This document shows, piece after piece, positions 19,002 through 28,515 of a stretch of 64,000 nucleotides of DNA. Position 1 is the stretch's first letter, and every line of letters starts with the position of its first letter. Under the pieces are notes generated by a model. The model worked only from the letters and a program-made list of their open reading frames with translations, did no database searches and was not told the origin of the DNA. The stretch is from the NCBI GenBank assembly GCA_964637345.1, contig CAZWTD010000003.1, forward strand, positions 7,678 through 71,677. The letters run 5' to 3'. Origin of the DNA: an uncultured Gammaproteobacteria bacterium. GTDB taxonomy: Bacteria; Patescibacteriota; Patescibacteriia; HK-STAS-PATE-3. The translations under genes were made by a program, and so were the position numbers.

Positions 19002-19634
19002 ATGGCCCGAAACCTCGACCCAAAGTGTAAGCAGTGCCGGCGAGTCGGCGAAAAACTCTTTCTGAAAGGGGAGAAGTGCTTTACGGCAAAATGTCCGATT
19101 GTCCGTCGGAATTATCCCCCAGGACAGCACGGCCAGCAATCCAGCGGCCGGGTTTCATCGTATGGTCTTCAGCTACGCGAGAAACAGAAGGCGCGAAGGA
19201 TGTATCGAATTCTCGAGCGTCAGTTCCGCGGTTACTACGAAAAAGCTATTCGGCAGCGCGGGAACACCGGTGAACGCTTTCAACAGTTCCTCGAGTGTCG
19301 GCTTGATAACGTTGTTTTTCGACTTGGATTGGCGAAGTCGCGCGATCAGGCTCGCCAGTTGATTACCCACGGTCACCTGTACGTGAATGATCGACTCGTG
19401 ACTATTCCTTCGTTCCAGGTTCGACCCGGCATGATGATCAAAGTTAACCCAGAACGGGTGAAGTTGGCATATTGGACCGAGCTTGTGAAGACCCTAATGC
19501 AGGGCCCAGATCGTCCGGCATGGTTGACCTTTAAGGCCGATGATCTATCTGGAACAGTTGACCGTCTCCCGATGGGTGACGAGCTCGCTACGGGGTTGTC
19601 AATGCCCCAAATCGTCGAATTTTACTCTCGATAA
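19002..19634 (+). CDS. rpsD: 30S ribosomal protein S4 (zinc-binding form)
   Basis: CKQCRR..KLFLKGEKC...KC, PPGQHG, RLDNVVFRLG, IVEFYSR. Confidence 0.98.
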   Translation: MARNLDPKCKQCRRVGEKLFLKGEKCFTAKCPIVRRNYPPGQHGQQSSGRVSSYGLQLREKQKARRMYRILERQFRGYYEKAIRQRGNTGERFQQFLECRLDNVVFRLGLAKSRDQARQLITHGHLYVNDRLVTIPSFQVRPGMMIKVNPERVKLAYWTELVKTLMQGPDRPAWLTFKADDLSGTVDRLPMGDELATGLSMPQIVEFYSR

Positions 19635-19642
19635 TTGTCTTT

Positions 19643-19660
19643 ACGGGCTTTGCCCGTTTT
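19643..19660 (+). terminator. Short hairpin plus U-tract between rpsD and rpoA
   Basis: ACGGGC-TTT-GCCCGT followed by TTT. Confidence 0.4.
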
Positions 19661-19671
19661 GGAGATAGGCT

Positions 19672-20460
19672 ATGGAGTCCATCCCTCTTCCGAAGTCAGT
19701 AGAAGTCACCGAGCAAGAAGGTCACCGGGCCATGCTTTCGATCGGTCCGTGCTATCCCGGTTACGGGGTTACGCTTGGAAACGCCCTGCGTCGCGTTCTC
19801 CTAAGCTCCCTACCCGGAGCAGCGATCACTGATGTCCGCATTACCGGAGCTGATCATGAGTTTACCGCGCTGCCAAATGTGAAGGAAGACGTTGTTTCCA
19901 TTATTTTGAACCTCAAGTCTGTTCGCGTTCGGCTCCAAGGGGATGAACCCTTGACGATGACTTTGAAAGTCAAAGGAGAACGGGTAGTGACTGCTAAGGA
20001 CTTTGAAACTCCCAGTCAGATTGAAGTGATCAATGGCGATCAAGCGATTGCGACGCTTACCGATAAAAATGCCGAGTTGGAAATCGTTGCGGTAGTTGGG
20101 TCGGGCCGCGGCTATGTTCCGGTTGAAAACCGCGAAAAAGAGAAACGCGAGATCGGTCAAATTTCCATTGACGCGATTTATACTCCCGTGAAGACGGTGA
20201 ATTTCAGCGTGAATCACGTTCGCGTTGAGCAAATGACGAACTACGATCAGCTACTCCTCGATATTACAACCGATGGAAGCTTGACCCCAGAAGAAGCCTT
20301 TCATCAGGCAACGGTTGTGTTGGCAAACCAGTTTGCCTTCCTTAGTAATCCGAATGCAGAGCCTGCAGCCGAGCTTGCTCATACAGCAGAGGCGGCTCCA
20401 GCTCAGGTTGAGGAGTCTGCACCGAAGAAACGGAAAGCTAAGGAAAGCAAGGGCGAATAA
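19672..20460 (+). CDS. rpoA: RNA polymerase alpha subunit lacking the C-terminal domain
   Basis: GYGVTLGNALRRVLLSSLPGAAI, GRGYVP, IDAIYTPV; ends at 262 aa in a low-complexity tail. Confidence 0.97.
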   Translation: MESIPLPKSVEVTEQEGHRAMLSIGPCYPGYGVTLGNALRRVLLSSLPGAAITDVRITGADHEFTALPNVKEDVVSIILNLKSVRVRLQGDEPLTMTLKVKGERVVTAKDFETPSQIEVINGDQAIATLTDKNAELEIVAVVGSGRGYVPVENREKEKREIGQISIDAIYTPVKTVNFSVNHVRVEQMTNYDQLLLDITTDGSLTPEEAFHQATVVLANQFAFLSNPNAEPAAELAHTAEAAPAQVEESAPKKRKAKESKGE

Positions 20461-20463
20461 CGT

Positions 20464-20817
20464 ATGCGTCATCGGAAAGCTGGAAAAAAACTTGATCGTA
20501 CCGCTGACTCCCGTCGTCACCTACGGCGACAGTTAGCGATCAACTTCTTCCGTTCCGGTGAAATGCAGACAACGAAAGCTCGCGCTGTGTATATGCGTGG
20601 CTATCTCGAGAAATTGATTTCAACGAGTCGCACCTCAAGCCTAGTCGTGCGGCGCCAGCTTTTACAGGAGCTGAACAATGAGTCTGTTGTGAAAAAGCTT
20701 TTGGACGAGATTGGACCGAAGTTTGCGAAGCGGAGCGGAGGGTACACTCGCATCGTCGCAGTGAAGCGTCGGAAAGGTGATGGCGCAGAAATTGTTCACG
20801 TATCTCTTGTTGCCTAA
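20464..20817 (+). CDS. rplQ: 50S ribosomal protein L17
   Basis: MRHRK..KKLDR, TTKARA, RSGGYTRI, RKGDGA. Confidence 0.96.
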   Translation: MRHRKAGKKLDRTADSRRHLRRQLAINFFRSGEMQTTKARAVYMRGYLEKLISTSRTSSLVVRRQLLQELNNESVVKKLLDEIGPKFAKRSGGYTRIVAVKRRKGDGAEIVHVSLVA

Positions 20818-20821
20818 GCGT

Positions 20822-21172
20822 ATGAATTCTTCTACGACCATTACCTTAAACGCTGCTGAATATTCCTTTGGGCGCTTAGCCTCAAAAGTGGCTTTTCTGC
20901 TCCAAGGCAAGCATCGTGCGGACTATGCCCCGAATCGCATCCACGCCTTGAAAGTAATTGTCCGTAATATTGAACAGGTGCGTTTTACCGGAACAAAACT
21001 TGATTCCAAATTGATGCATCGCCATACCGGATACCCGGGCGGGATTAAGACGGAAACACTTCGTCAGCGTCACACCCGAAAACCCAAAGTGCTTTTTCAG
21101 GAAGCGGTAGTCCGGATGCTTCCAAAAAATCGACTTGCGAAGGACCGTTTGAAGCAACTTGTCATCGCCTAA
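20822..21172 (+). CDS. rplM: 50S ribosomal protein L13 (short form)
   Basis: GRLASKVA..LQGKH, HTGYPGG, RMLPKNRL. Confidence 0.95.
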   Translation: MNSSTTITLNAAEYSFGRLASKVAFLLQGKHRADYAPNRIHALKVIVRNIEQVRFTGTKLDSKLMHRHTGYPGGIKTETLRQRHTRKPKVLFQEAVVRMLPKNRLAKDRLKQLVIA

Positions 21173-21175
21173 GCT

Positions 21176-21703
21176 ATGCCTACAAAGACCTCAACAACAC
21201 CGAAGAAGAAGGCTGCTCCGAAGAAAACCGTCACGCGGACGAAACGGGCTCCAAAATCGACAAAACTCCCGATTCAAGAGCGGCCGAGCGAGCTTAAACC
21301 ACGTCATCGCGCGAGTAATTATTTGTTTGCGGTTGGTCGCCGAAAAACAGCCGTAGCCCGCGTGCGCCGCTTTTCAGGCGAGGCTGGTCAGTTGACGGTA
21401 AATGGACTTAGCCTTGAGCAATATTTTGTTCCACAGGGGCTTCAGGCTATCGTTCGAAGTCCAATTGAACTCGTCGCAAAAGATGAAGCCTTTCAGTACA
21501 GTGTTCGAGTTCGCGGTGGCGGGAGTCACAGTCAAGCTGAGGCGATTCGCCACGGCATTGCTCGCGTACTCCTGAAAGCAAACGAAACATGGCGGCCGCT
21601 TCTCAAGCAAGCTGGCTGGCTGCGGCGCGACGCCCGCGTCAAGGAACGAAAGAAGCCGGGGCTTCATCGCGCCCGTCGCGCGCCCCAGTGGCAGAAGCGT
21701 TAA
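21176..21703 (+). CDS. rpsI: 30S ribosomal protein S9 with basic N-terminal extension
   Basis: GRRKTAVARV, GGGSHSQAEAIRHGIAR, RDARVKERKKPG..RARRAPQWQKR. Confidence 0.97.
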   Translation: MPTKTSTTPKKKAAPKKTVTRTKRAPKSTKLPIQERPSELKPRHRASNYLFAVGRRKTAVARVRRFSGEAGQLTVNGLSLEQYFVPQGLQAIVRSPIELVAKDEAFQYSVRVRGGGSHSQAEAIRHGIARVLLKANETWRPLLKQAGWLRRDARVKERKKPGLHRARRAPQWQKR

Positions 21704-21761
21704 TCGCGACCGCGCGACTCGGCGGAACTTGAGTCGAGGCGCCAGTCGAAGGAGATCCGAC

Positions 21762-23222
21762 TTGGCCGAATCAGCTGCGCCTGGAAAAGTCGTTCGAAAT
21801 TCGACCTATCTCACTTTAGCCTACATTCTACAGAAGGTGCTGTCCTTCGGGTATTTTGTCTATTACTCGCGGACGCTTGATTATACCCATACCGGCTCAT
21901 TTGTTTTTGCTCTTTCCTTCGCCTCGATCTTCAGTATTATCGTTGATTTTGGCCTAAACCCCTGGCTTATTCGGGAGGTTGCGAGAAATCCTGAGCGTTC
22001 CCAGAAGCTGTTAAATAGTGTTTTGGGCGTTAAAGGCGCGCTAGCCATTCTTGGCTACGGCACCATGGTTTTGGTTAGCGTTCTTCTTGGGCATTCAGTA
22101 GAAGCCCGTGAGCTCCTTTTGTTGACGGGCGTAGTTATGGTCATCGAGTCCATGTCTCTTACCGTGTATGCCGTGTTTCGAGGCGTACAAAACTTTCGCT
22201 ATGAAGCAACCGGAACAATCCTTCATCAGGTCGTTTTGATTCTTGCTGGATTGATTGGGTTTCAGCTTCGTGTTGACGTTTTTGTCCTTGCAGTCGCTGT
22301 TGTTCTCGGCGCGCTCGCGAACCTTCTGTACGCCTCCTGGCAGGTGCGGCGCAAGCTCGGATTAACGCTCTTGCCCTGGATTGATCGAGAGAAGCTTCGG
22401 TCCATGCTTCAGACTGCTGCGCCTTTTTTTCTCGCCGGCGTTTTCACGAAAATCTATGCCTACGTTGATATTGTTATTCTCGGGCAGCTGACGAACTCAA
22501 GTTATGTTGGTTGGTACAGCGTCGCCTACAAATTGACCTATGCGATCCAATTTTTTCCCATTGCCGTTTCAAATAGCTTGTATCCAGCGTTTAGTGAAGC
22601 GTTTCAAAACGCCCGCGACCGACTACGCACACTGCTTGAACAATCAATCGTGTTTGTAGTGAGTTTAGCGTTGCCGATAAGCGCCGCAATTGCATTTCTT
22701 GCGCAGCCTTTAGTGACAAATCCGCGACTTTGGCCGACCTATGCGGAAACTGTTCCCGCCCTTCAAATTTCGATTCTTAGTCTCCCGTTCATTTTCATCA
22801 ACCTCATTGGAACCTCATTTTTAAATGCATGTAACCGGCAGAAAGTGAACACCGTAAATATTGGCGTTACTATGGCCGTGAATGTTGTGTTGAACTTTAT
22901 TCTCATACCGGTCTGGCAGCACGTAGGCGCAAGCATCGCGGCCCTCGGAAGCTCGCTCGTCCTCTTTGTCTTAAACCTCGTTTGGATTCAAAAGATTGCG
23001 CCTCTCCGGGGAGGATGGATCTTCCGCCGAGTCTTTAAAAGTATCATTGCAGTTTTGTGTATGCTTGGGGTAGTGCTCATCAGTTCTGATTTGTCGGTCT
23101 TTGTTCGCCTTCCGCTGAGCGCCCTGAGCTACCTCATTATCTTTTTGATGATCGGGGGTATTCCTCGGGAGTACAGGGATACTTTGCAGTCACTTTTTCG
23201 AAGAAAGCGTCCGTCAGTATGA
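21762..23222 (+). CDS. Wzx-type oligosaccharide flippase
   Basis: DFGL..WLIREVAR, YVDIVILG, VGWYSVAYKL, LNFILIP..GASIA. Start taken at TTG 21762 behind AAGGAG. Confidence 0.9.
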   Translation: MAESAAPGKVVRNSTYLTLAYILQKVLSFGYFVYYSRTLDYTHTGSFVFALSFASIFSIIVDFGLNPWLIREVARNPERSQKLLNSVLGVKGALAILGYGTMVLVSVLLGHSVEARELLLLTGVVMVIESMSLTVYAVFRGVQNFRYEATGTILHQVVLILAGLIGFQLRVDVFVLAVAVVLGALANLLYASWQVRRKLGLTLLPWIDREKLRSMLQTAAPFFLAGVFTKIYAYVDIVILGQLTNSSYVGWYSVAYKLTYAIQFFPIAVSNSLYPAFSEAFQNARDRLRTLLEQSIVFVVSLALPISAAIAFLAQPLVTNPRLWPTYAETVPALQISILSLPFIFINLIGTSFLNACNRQKVNTVNIGVTMAVNVVLNFILIPVWQHVGASIAALGSSLVLFVLNLVWIQKIAPLRGGWIFRRVFKSIIAVLCMLGVVLISSDLSVFVRLPLSALSYLIIFLMIGGIPREYRDTLQSLFRRKRPSV

Positions 23223-24340
23223 AAACGCTCCTGATTACCGCATTCTTCCCACCCCAGCTTGGGGGACTTGAACACTATTGGGCCAGCGTTGCTGCCCGTT
23301 GGCCTGATCGGCAACTCATTGTCCTTACGCCCCCAGGTCCGCTTAAGGTTCAATCCGATGATCGCGGGGTTCGCGTATTCCGTCGGAATTTTTTTCCCTG
23401 GCCCTGGATCCGGCCGTCATGGCTGCCCTTACTGTGGACGATTCGGGCTATACTTAAGAAGGAAAACTGCACACGAATTCTTTTCGGACATTTTGCAACC
23501 TATACGATACTTGGTCCGATACTCAAACGTTTAACCGGTATTGAGTATGACCTTATGTCGCATGGAAACGACCTCGTAAACTACACGCGGGGAAATTTCG
23601 GACTATGGGTGCTTCGTCGCGTTCTCCGAGGAGCGCGCCGAGTGTATGCAAATAGCGAACAAACGCAGGCCCTTCTTCGTTCACACGGAGCTCATACCGT
23701 TCAGATTGCTCCGCCGGCAATTGCGTACTCCGCCTGGCCGGAACTTAGTCGAAGTGAGGCGCGCCGCCAGCTGAACATTCCCGACTCGTCATTCTTGATC
23801 CTTTTTCTTGGCCGGATTGAGCCGATAAAAGGGGTAGATACGCTGCTTCGGGCCTATCGGCTTCTCCCGGACCGGAGCAACGTTATCCTCGCGCTGCTGG
23901 GAGATGGATCTGAGCGGGTTCGTCTCCAGCGATACGCACGATTACTCGATTTTCCAGAAAATCTTGTCCGTTTCGTCGGGGCAATCCCGGACCGACCAGA
24001 GGCCAAGGCTCCATGGTTAGCAGCGGCGAATACGCTTGTCCTCCCGAGTCGGCAACTTGGGGCTCAACGAGAAAGCTTCGGGCTCGTCTGCCTTGAGGCC
24101 GCGCGATATCGCATTCCAGTCGTCGTAACATCGGTAAGCGGGGCAAAGGAGTTTGTTGTGCCTGGAGAAACTGGTTACGTTGTTCCTCCGGAAGATCCAA
24201 AAGAATTAGCCAAGGCGTTTGAAACCCTGCAGAATCATGCGGAGCTAAGCTCCAGGATGGGAGAAAAGCTTTTCACAGAAATTCAATCTCGATACACTTG
24301 GGATCGCACCGTCTCACTCCTAGCGAATACCAATGATTAG
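23219..24340 (+). CDS. GT4 family glycosyltransferase
   Basis: FPPQLGG, LFLGRIEPIKG, ESFGLVCLEA (EX7E). Confidence 0.92.
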   Translation: MKTLLITAFFPPQLGGLEHYWASVAARWPDRQLIVLTPPGPLKVQSDDRGVRVFRRNFFPWPWIRPSWLPLLWTIRAILKKENCTRILFGHFATYTILGPILKRLTGIEYDLMSHGNDLVNYTRGNFGLWVLRRVLRGARRVYANSEQTQALLRSHGAHTVQIAPPAIAYSAWPELSRSEARRQLNIPDSSFLILFLGRIEPIKGVDTLLRAYRLLPDRSNVILALLGDGSERVRLQRYARLLDFPENLVRFVGAIPDRPEAKAPWLAAANTLVLPSRQLGAQRESFGLVCLEAARYRIPVVVTSVSGAKEFVVPGETGYVVPPEDPKELAKAFETLQNHAELSSRMGEKLFTEIQSRYTWDRTVSLLANTND

Positions 24341-25061
24341 CGTCATTATTCCGGCGTATCAGTCTTCACGGACAATTGTGGCGTGTCTTGAGAGCGTCCT
24401 AGGGCAACACCAGGTAGATCTTGAAATAATTGTCGTCGATGACGGATCAACAGACGACACCTTAGCGCTCCTGGCCGCGTATCACGATCGGATTACGTTG
24501 TTAACCCGCGAACATAGCGGGGCTGCAGCAGCCCGTAATGCTGGAGCAAAAATCGCAAAAGGGGAATATTTCTTTTTTTGCGACTCGGACGTTATTCTTG
24601 AACCTCGCGCACTCAATACACTCGAGCGCGCACTACAAAAGCATCGAGAGGTCTCGTACGCCTATTGCTCGTTTCGCTTTGACGCCCGCCTAATGCGTGG
24701 CGTTCCGTTTCACCCTCAATGGCTGCGACGGATGAATTACATTAGTACGATGTCGCTTATCCGCGCTGTGGATTTTCCAGGCTTTGATGAGTCGCTTGAG
24801 CGTTTTCAAGATTGGGATCTCTGGCTGACGCTGCTTGGGGCTGGAAAAATAGGCGTTCTCGTACCTGATGTGCTATTTCGGACAATTCCGCGAAAAGGGA
24901 TCAGTAGCAAAGCTGACACCTTGCGGGTATCCGAACACGTTGTTCGAGCAAAGCATCAATTGCCTGAACCAACACGGCTTGAGCGATGGCGCTGGAAACT
25001 CGAGCTGGCGTACATTCGCTTTACTTCATCGCGTCGAGATTCGCAAATTCCGAATGACTGA
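24333..25061 (+). CDS. GT2 family glycosyltransferase
   Basis: ISVIIPAY, VVDDGSTD, ARNAG, DSD, QDWDLW. Confidence 0.92.
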   Translation: MISVIIPAYQSSRTIVACLESVLGQHQVDLEIIVVDDGSTDDTLALLAAYHDRITLLTREHSGAAAARNAGAKIAKGEYFFFCDSDVILEPRALNTLERALQKHREVSYAYCSFRFDARLMRGVPFHPQWLRRMNYISTMSLIRAVDFPGFDESLERFQDWDLWLTLLGAGKIGVLVPDVLFRTIPRKGISSKADTLRVSEHVVRAKHQLPEPTRLERWRWKLELAYIRFTSSRRDSQIPND

Positions 25062-25938
25062 CACACAGCCACTATCGGTTATTATTGTAAGCTGGAGGGT
25101 TCGTCCTTTTCTTGAACGTTGCTTAGCGTCGCTTCGCAGTACTGCGCTTCCGCTTCGCATTATTGTTGTTGATAATAACTCGCGCGACGGGAGCGTTGAG
25201 CTTGTCCAGAAAACATTCCCCGAATGTGAACTCATTGCGAATTCGACAAATAGGGGATTCGCAGCCGCCGTAAATCAAGGATTAGCGCTCGTGCATGACG
25301 GACATGCGCTCCTTCTCAACCCTGACTGTCGTGTTCTTCCCGGAAGCCTGGAAGCGGCCGTGGCGGCCCTCGAAAGCGAGCAGGACATTGGGGTTTTGGG
25401 CTGTCTATTGCGAAATGAGGATGGAAGTATTCAGCCCTCGATTCGGCGCTTTCCTTCTTTCCTGGACCAAGCGATGATCTTGCTGAAGCTCCATCGTCTT
25501 GTTCCAGCTGTTTCAGTTTTGAGATCGTACTTTGCTTCAGATTTGGATTATACGAAAGACCAGGATGTTGACCAAGTCAAAGGAGCATTTTTTCTCATCT
25601 CCCGAAACGCGCTGCGCGTTGTTGGCCATCTTGATGAGGCCTTTTGGATTTGGTTTGAAGAAGTCGACTATTGCCGCAGAGTGAAGGACTCGGGCATGGT
25701 TGTCCGGTATCTCTCCAGCGCTGAAGTGGTTCACGCGGGGGGCGAAAGCTTTCGTTCAGTTTGGACCGTGTCGCGGCAAAAGGCGTTTTGCGCAAGCCTC
25801 CTGCGGTACTTTCGAAAACACCGTCCGCTATGGGAGTATTTTGGGCTGGCCGTCCTTGTTCCACTCAGCTATTTCCTAGCTCTTCTTTCTACTCCCGTAA
25901 GTCTGGTAAAAGCTAAAATTCCAACGCCGCATGGGTAA
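25054..25938 (+). CDS. GT2 family glycosyltransferase (WbbL/rhamnosyltransferase-like)
   Basis: VVDNNSRDGS, NRGFAAAVNQG, LLNPD, EEVDYC. Confidence 0.9.
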   Translation: MTDTQPLSVIIVSWRVRPFLERCLASLRSTALPLRIIVVDNNSRDGSVELVQKTFPECELIANSTNRGFAAAVNQGLALVHDGHALLLNPDCRVLPGSLEAAVAALESEQDIGVLGCLLRNEDGSIQPSIRRFPSFLDQAMILLKLHRLVPAVSVLRSYFASDLDYTKDQDVDQVKGAFFLISRNALRVVGHLDEAFWIWFEEVDYCRRVKDSGMVVRYLSSAEVVHAGGESFRSVWTVSRQKAFCASLLRYFRKHRPLWEYFGLAVLVPLSYFLALLSTPVSLVKAKIPTPHG

Positions 25939-27493
25939 AACAGTGCTGAACATTTCCCTCTGGACCCTCCTTGGATTTTGTATTGTATTCTTGAGTTTTT
26001 TTGGTTATCTTTGGCCCTGGGTGAATCTGGTCATGTGCTTGGCGATTGTCAGTCTCGCACTTTTTTTTGCATTTCGCTCGCCTCCCGCGCTCCTCGGTCT
26101 TTTTTTCGCCGAGCTCATTCTCGGGGGAAAGGGATACCTATTCTCTCTATCGCTTGGCTCCTACCTTCTTTCCTTGCGTCAAGCGCTATTCGTCATTGTG
26201 ATGATCGCATTTACTTGGAGCCTATTACGCGAACGAAAGGTGCGCTTTTTTCAAACACCCTTTGCCTGGTCGAGCCTCCCATTTTTCCTCGCTGTTCTCT
26301 TTGGTGCTATCTTCGGTTGGTTTCGTCACCCGCACCTTGTTTGGTTTCATGACGTCAACGGTTACCTTGCGCTCGCGGTTTTATTTGCCCTAGCCCAGCT
26401 ACTTCGATCATCCAGTTCGCTCAGAGTGCTTCGTCATTTTCTTATTCCCTCAGTTGCCGCGCTCGTCCTCTTTACGCTACTCCTCTCGGCAATATTTAGT
26501 ACCGTGTATTACCGTCCAGGATTTGTAAAGGCTACCTCGGTAAGCGAAGATCAGCTTGCGAAGCTCGGCCAAGGAGATCGGGATCAAGCTCGCCTTGGTC
26601 AATCAGTTGGAATGACGCCGGATGTTGTGCGCGTTGATTGGTCCGATGTGTCTGATGAGCGTCCGCTGCTCTATCGTTGGGTTCGGGACACAGGAACGGC
26701 GGAGGTGGCGTATCTAGGACAGAGAATGTTTCGAGTTTTTACCGCGAGCCATCTTTTCCTCGCTGCGGCCTTTGTGTTTATGTTCGCGCTACTGACCGGA
26801 CGTCCCCTCCGCTTTTCATCTTCCCACGTTTTCCTCTGGGCTCTTCTCTTTGCTCTCGGATTGGCGCTACTGGTAAGTTTTTCGCGAAGCCTTTGGTTTG
26901 GAACGGCAATCGGTTCATTGGCAGTCCTCCTGGCGTCGGGGTGGAGATCGTTTCTTCGAGTTTCGTCAACCTTTCTTATACTCGTTATTATCATCGGTGG
27001 ACTTCTTTCCCTTGTCTATCCTGGAGGGATTCAAGTTCTTCAGGAGCGTTTTCAGAGTTCCACAACAAGCTCCGGAGAATTAGCCGCAACAAACCGCCTT
27101 CAGCTCCTCCCGGAAGTGATGAGAAGTATTACTGCGCACCCTTGGATCGGAAACGGTTTCGGAACCAGCGTAACGTTTCAGTCCCTTGTGGCCGGAACCG
27201 ACGAGGTTGAATACATCCGGGTGTATTTATTCGAGTGGGCCTATCTTGACCTTATCGCAAAAATCGGGTGTATTGGGTTTGCGGCAATGCTTATTTGGCT
27301 CACCCGAGGACTCAGTGTCCTATGGCAGTTCTTCCGCCGGAGCACCGGCGATTATCGACTTCTAGGAATCGGTGCATTTGGCGCTGTTCTCGTCCTGATT
27401 GCAGCTAACGTCTTTACTCCCTATCTTAATCATCCACTAGGGCTTAGTCTCCTCGCTCTTGCCTGGATGAGCATCCTCCCGTTACGACAATGA
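25931..27493 (+). CDS. O-antigen ligase / Wzy_C family membrane protein
   Basis: Many TM helices; SFSRSLW; R...I..HPWIGNGFG; terminal PYLNHP. Confidence 0.8.
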   Translation: MGKTVLNISLWTLLGFCIVFLSFFGYLWPWVNLVMCLAIVSLALFFAFRSPPALLGLFFAELILGGKGYLFSLSLGSYLLSLRQALFVIVMIAFTWSLLRERKVRFFQTPFAWSSLPFFLAVLFGAIFGWFRHPHLVWFHDVNGYLALAVLFALAQLLRSSSSLRVLRHFLIPSVAALVLFTLLLSAIFSTVYYRPGFVKATSVSEDQLAKLGQGDRDQARLGQSVGMTPDVVRVDWSDVSDERPLLYRWVRDTGTAEVAYLGQRMFRVFTASHLFLAAAFVFMFALLTGRPLRFSSSHVFLWALLFALGLALLVSFSRSLWFGTAIGSLAVLLASGWRSFLRVSSTFLILVIIIGGLLSLVYPGGIQVLQERFQSSTTSSGELAATNRLQLLPEVMRSITAHPWIGNGFGTSVTFQSLVAGTDEVEYIRVYLFEWAYLDLIAKIGCIGFAAMLIWLTRGLSVLWQFFRRSTGDYRLLGIGAFGAVLVLIAANVFTPYLNHPLGLSLLALAWMSILPLRQ

Positions 27494-28515
27494 ACTCCCC
27501 GCGGATTAGTATTCACATCGTCACCTGGAACAGTCTCACCTATCTTCCGGCCTGCATCCGTTCGCTGCGTGAGCAGAGCTTTCGAGATTGGACCTGCCTG
27601 GTCGTTGACAACGCTTCTACGGACGGCTCTGTAGCTTGGCTTCGAACGAATGCCCCCGAATTCAACATTCTCCAAAATCGACAAAATATGGGGTTTGCTC
27701 GGGCGCATAATCAAGCAATTCATATCAGCCGGAGCCCGTACGTCTTAACGCTCAACCCTGACGTTATTCTTACTCCAAATTTTCTTGAAAAACTGTATGC
27801 TGCTGTTTATTATGACCCTCGGATTGGCAGCGCGAGCGGGAAGCTTCTGAAGTTTTCCTTCGTACCTGGCGAGTTGACGGATCCCAAGTTGTCAGACCGA
27901 ATTGATGCGACTGGCTTAGTTATTCAGCGAAGCCGGAGGACGCGGAATCGCGGGGAGGGGGAGCGTGATCAGGGTCAATACGACGACCGTACTGATGTTT
28001 TTGGGGTAAGCGCGGCCGTGGGATTGTACAACCGGGAAGCCCTGGAAGATGTTCGTATTGGTCAGGAATATTTCGATGATGACTTTTTTGCCTACAAAGA
28101 GGACGTCGATCTTGCGTGGAGACTTAAACGGCGGGGCTGGTTGTCGCGATATATTCCTTCAGCCCTGGCGTATCACCATCGAGGAGTCCAGGGTGATGTG
28201 CGAAGCGACGCCGCGACGGCATTTCAAAGACGGCACCATTCGCGCTTCGTTAATGGTTTCTCCTACAGCAACCATCTCGCAATGCTGGTGAAGAATGAGT
28301 CCTGGGCGACCTTTGTGAAAGATGCGCCTTGGATATTCTGGTACGAGTTGAAAAAAATTCTTTTCATCCTCTTTTTCGAATTTTCAACACTACGAGCTCT
28401 AGGGCGTTTCTTTCGTATGTTGCCAACAATGCTCCGAAAACGCAAAATGATCCAACGCCAAGGCAAAACGAGTCCAGGGAAGCTCCGTTCGTGGTTTCTT
28501 GCCGACCATGCTTGA
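27490..28515 (+). CDS. GT2 family glycosyltransferase
   Basis: VVDNASTDGS, NMGFARAHN, LNPD, YKEDVDLAWR. Confidence 0.92.
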   Translation: MNSPRISIHIVTWNSLTYLPACIRSLREQSFRDWTCLVVDNASTDGSVAWLRTNAPEFNILQNRQNMGFARAHNQAIHISRSPYVLTLNPDVILTPNFLEKLYAAVYYDPRIGSASGKLLKFSFVPGELTDPKLSDRIDATGLVIQRSRRTRNRGEGERDQGQYDDRTDVFGVSAAVGLYNREALEDVRIGQEYFDDDFFAYKEDVDLAWRLKRRGWLSRYIPSALAYHHRGVQGDVRSDAATAFQRRHHSRFVNGFSYSNHLAMLVKNESWATFVKDAPWIFWYELKKILFILFFEFSTLRALGRFFRMLPTMLRKRKMIQRQGKTSPGKLRSWFLADHA

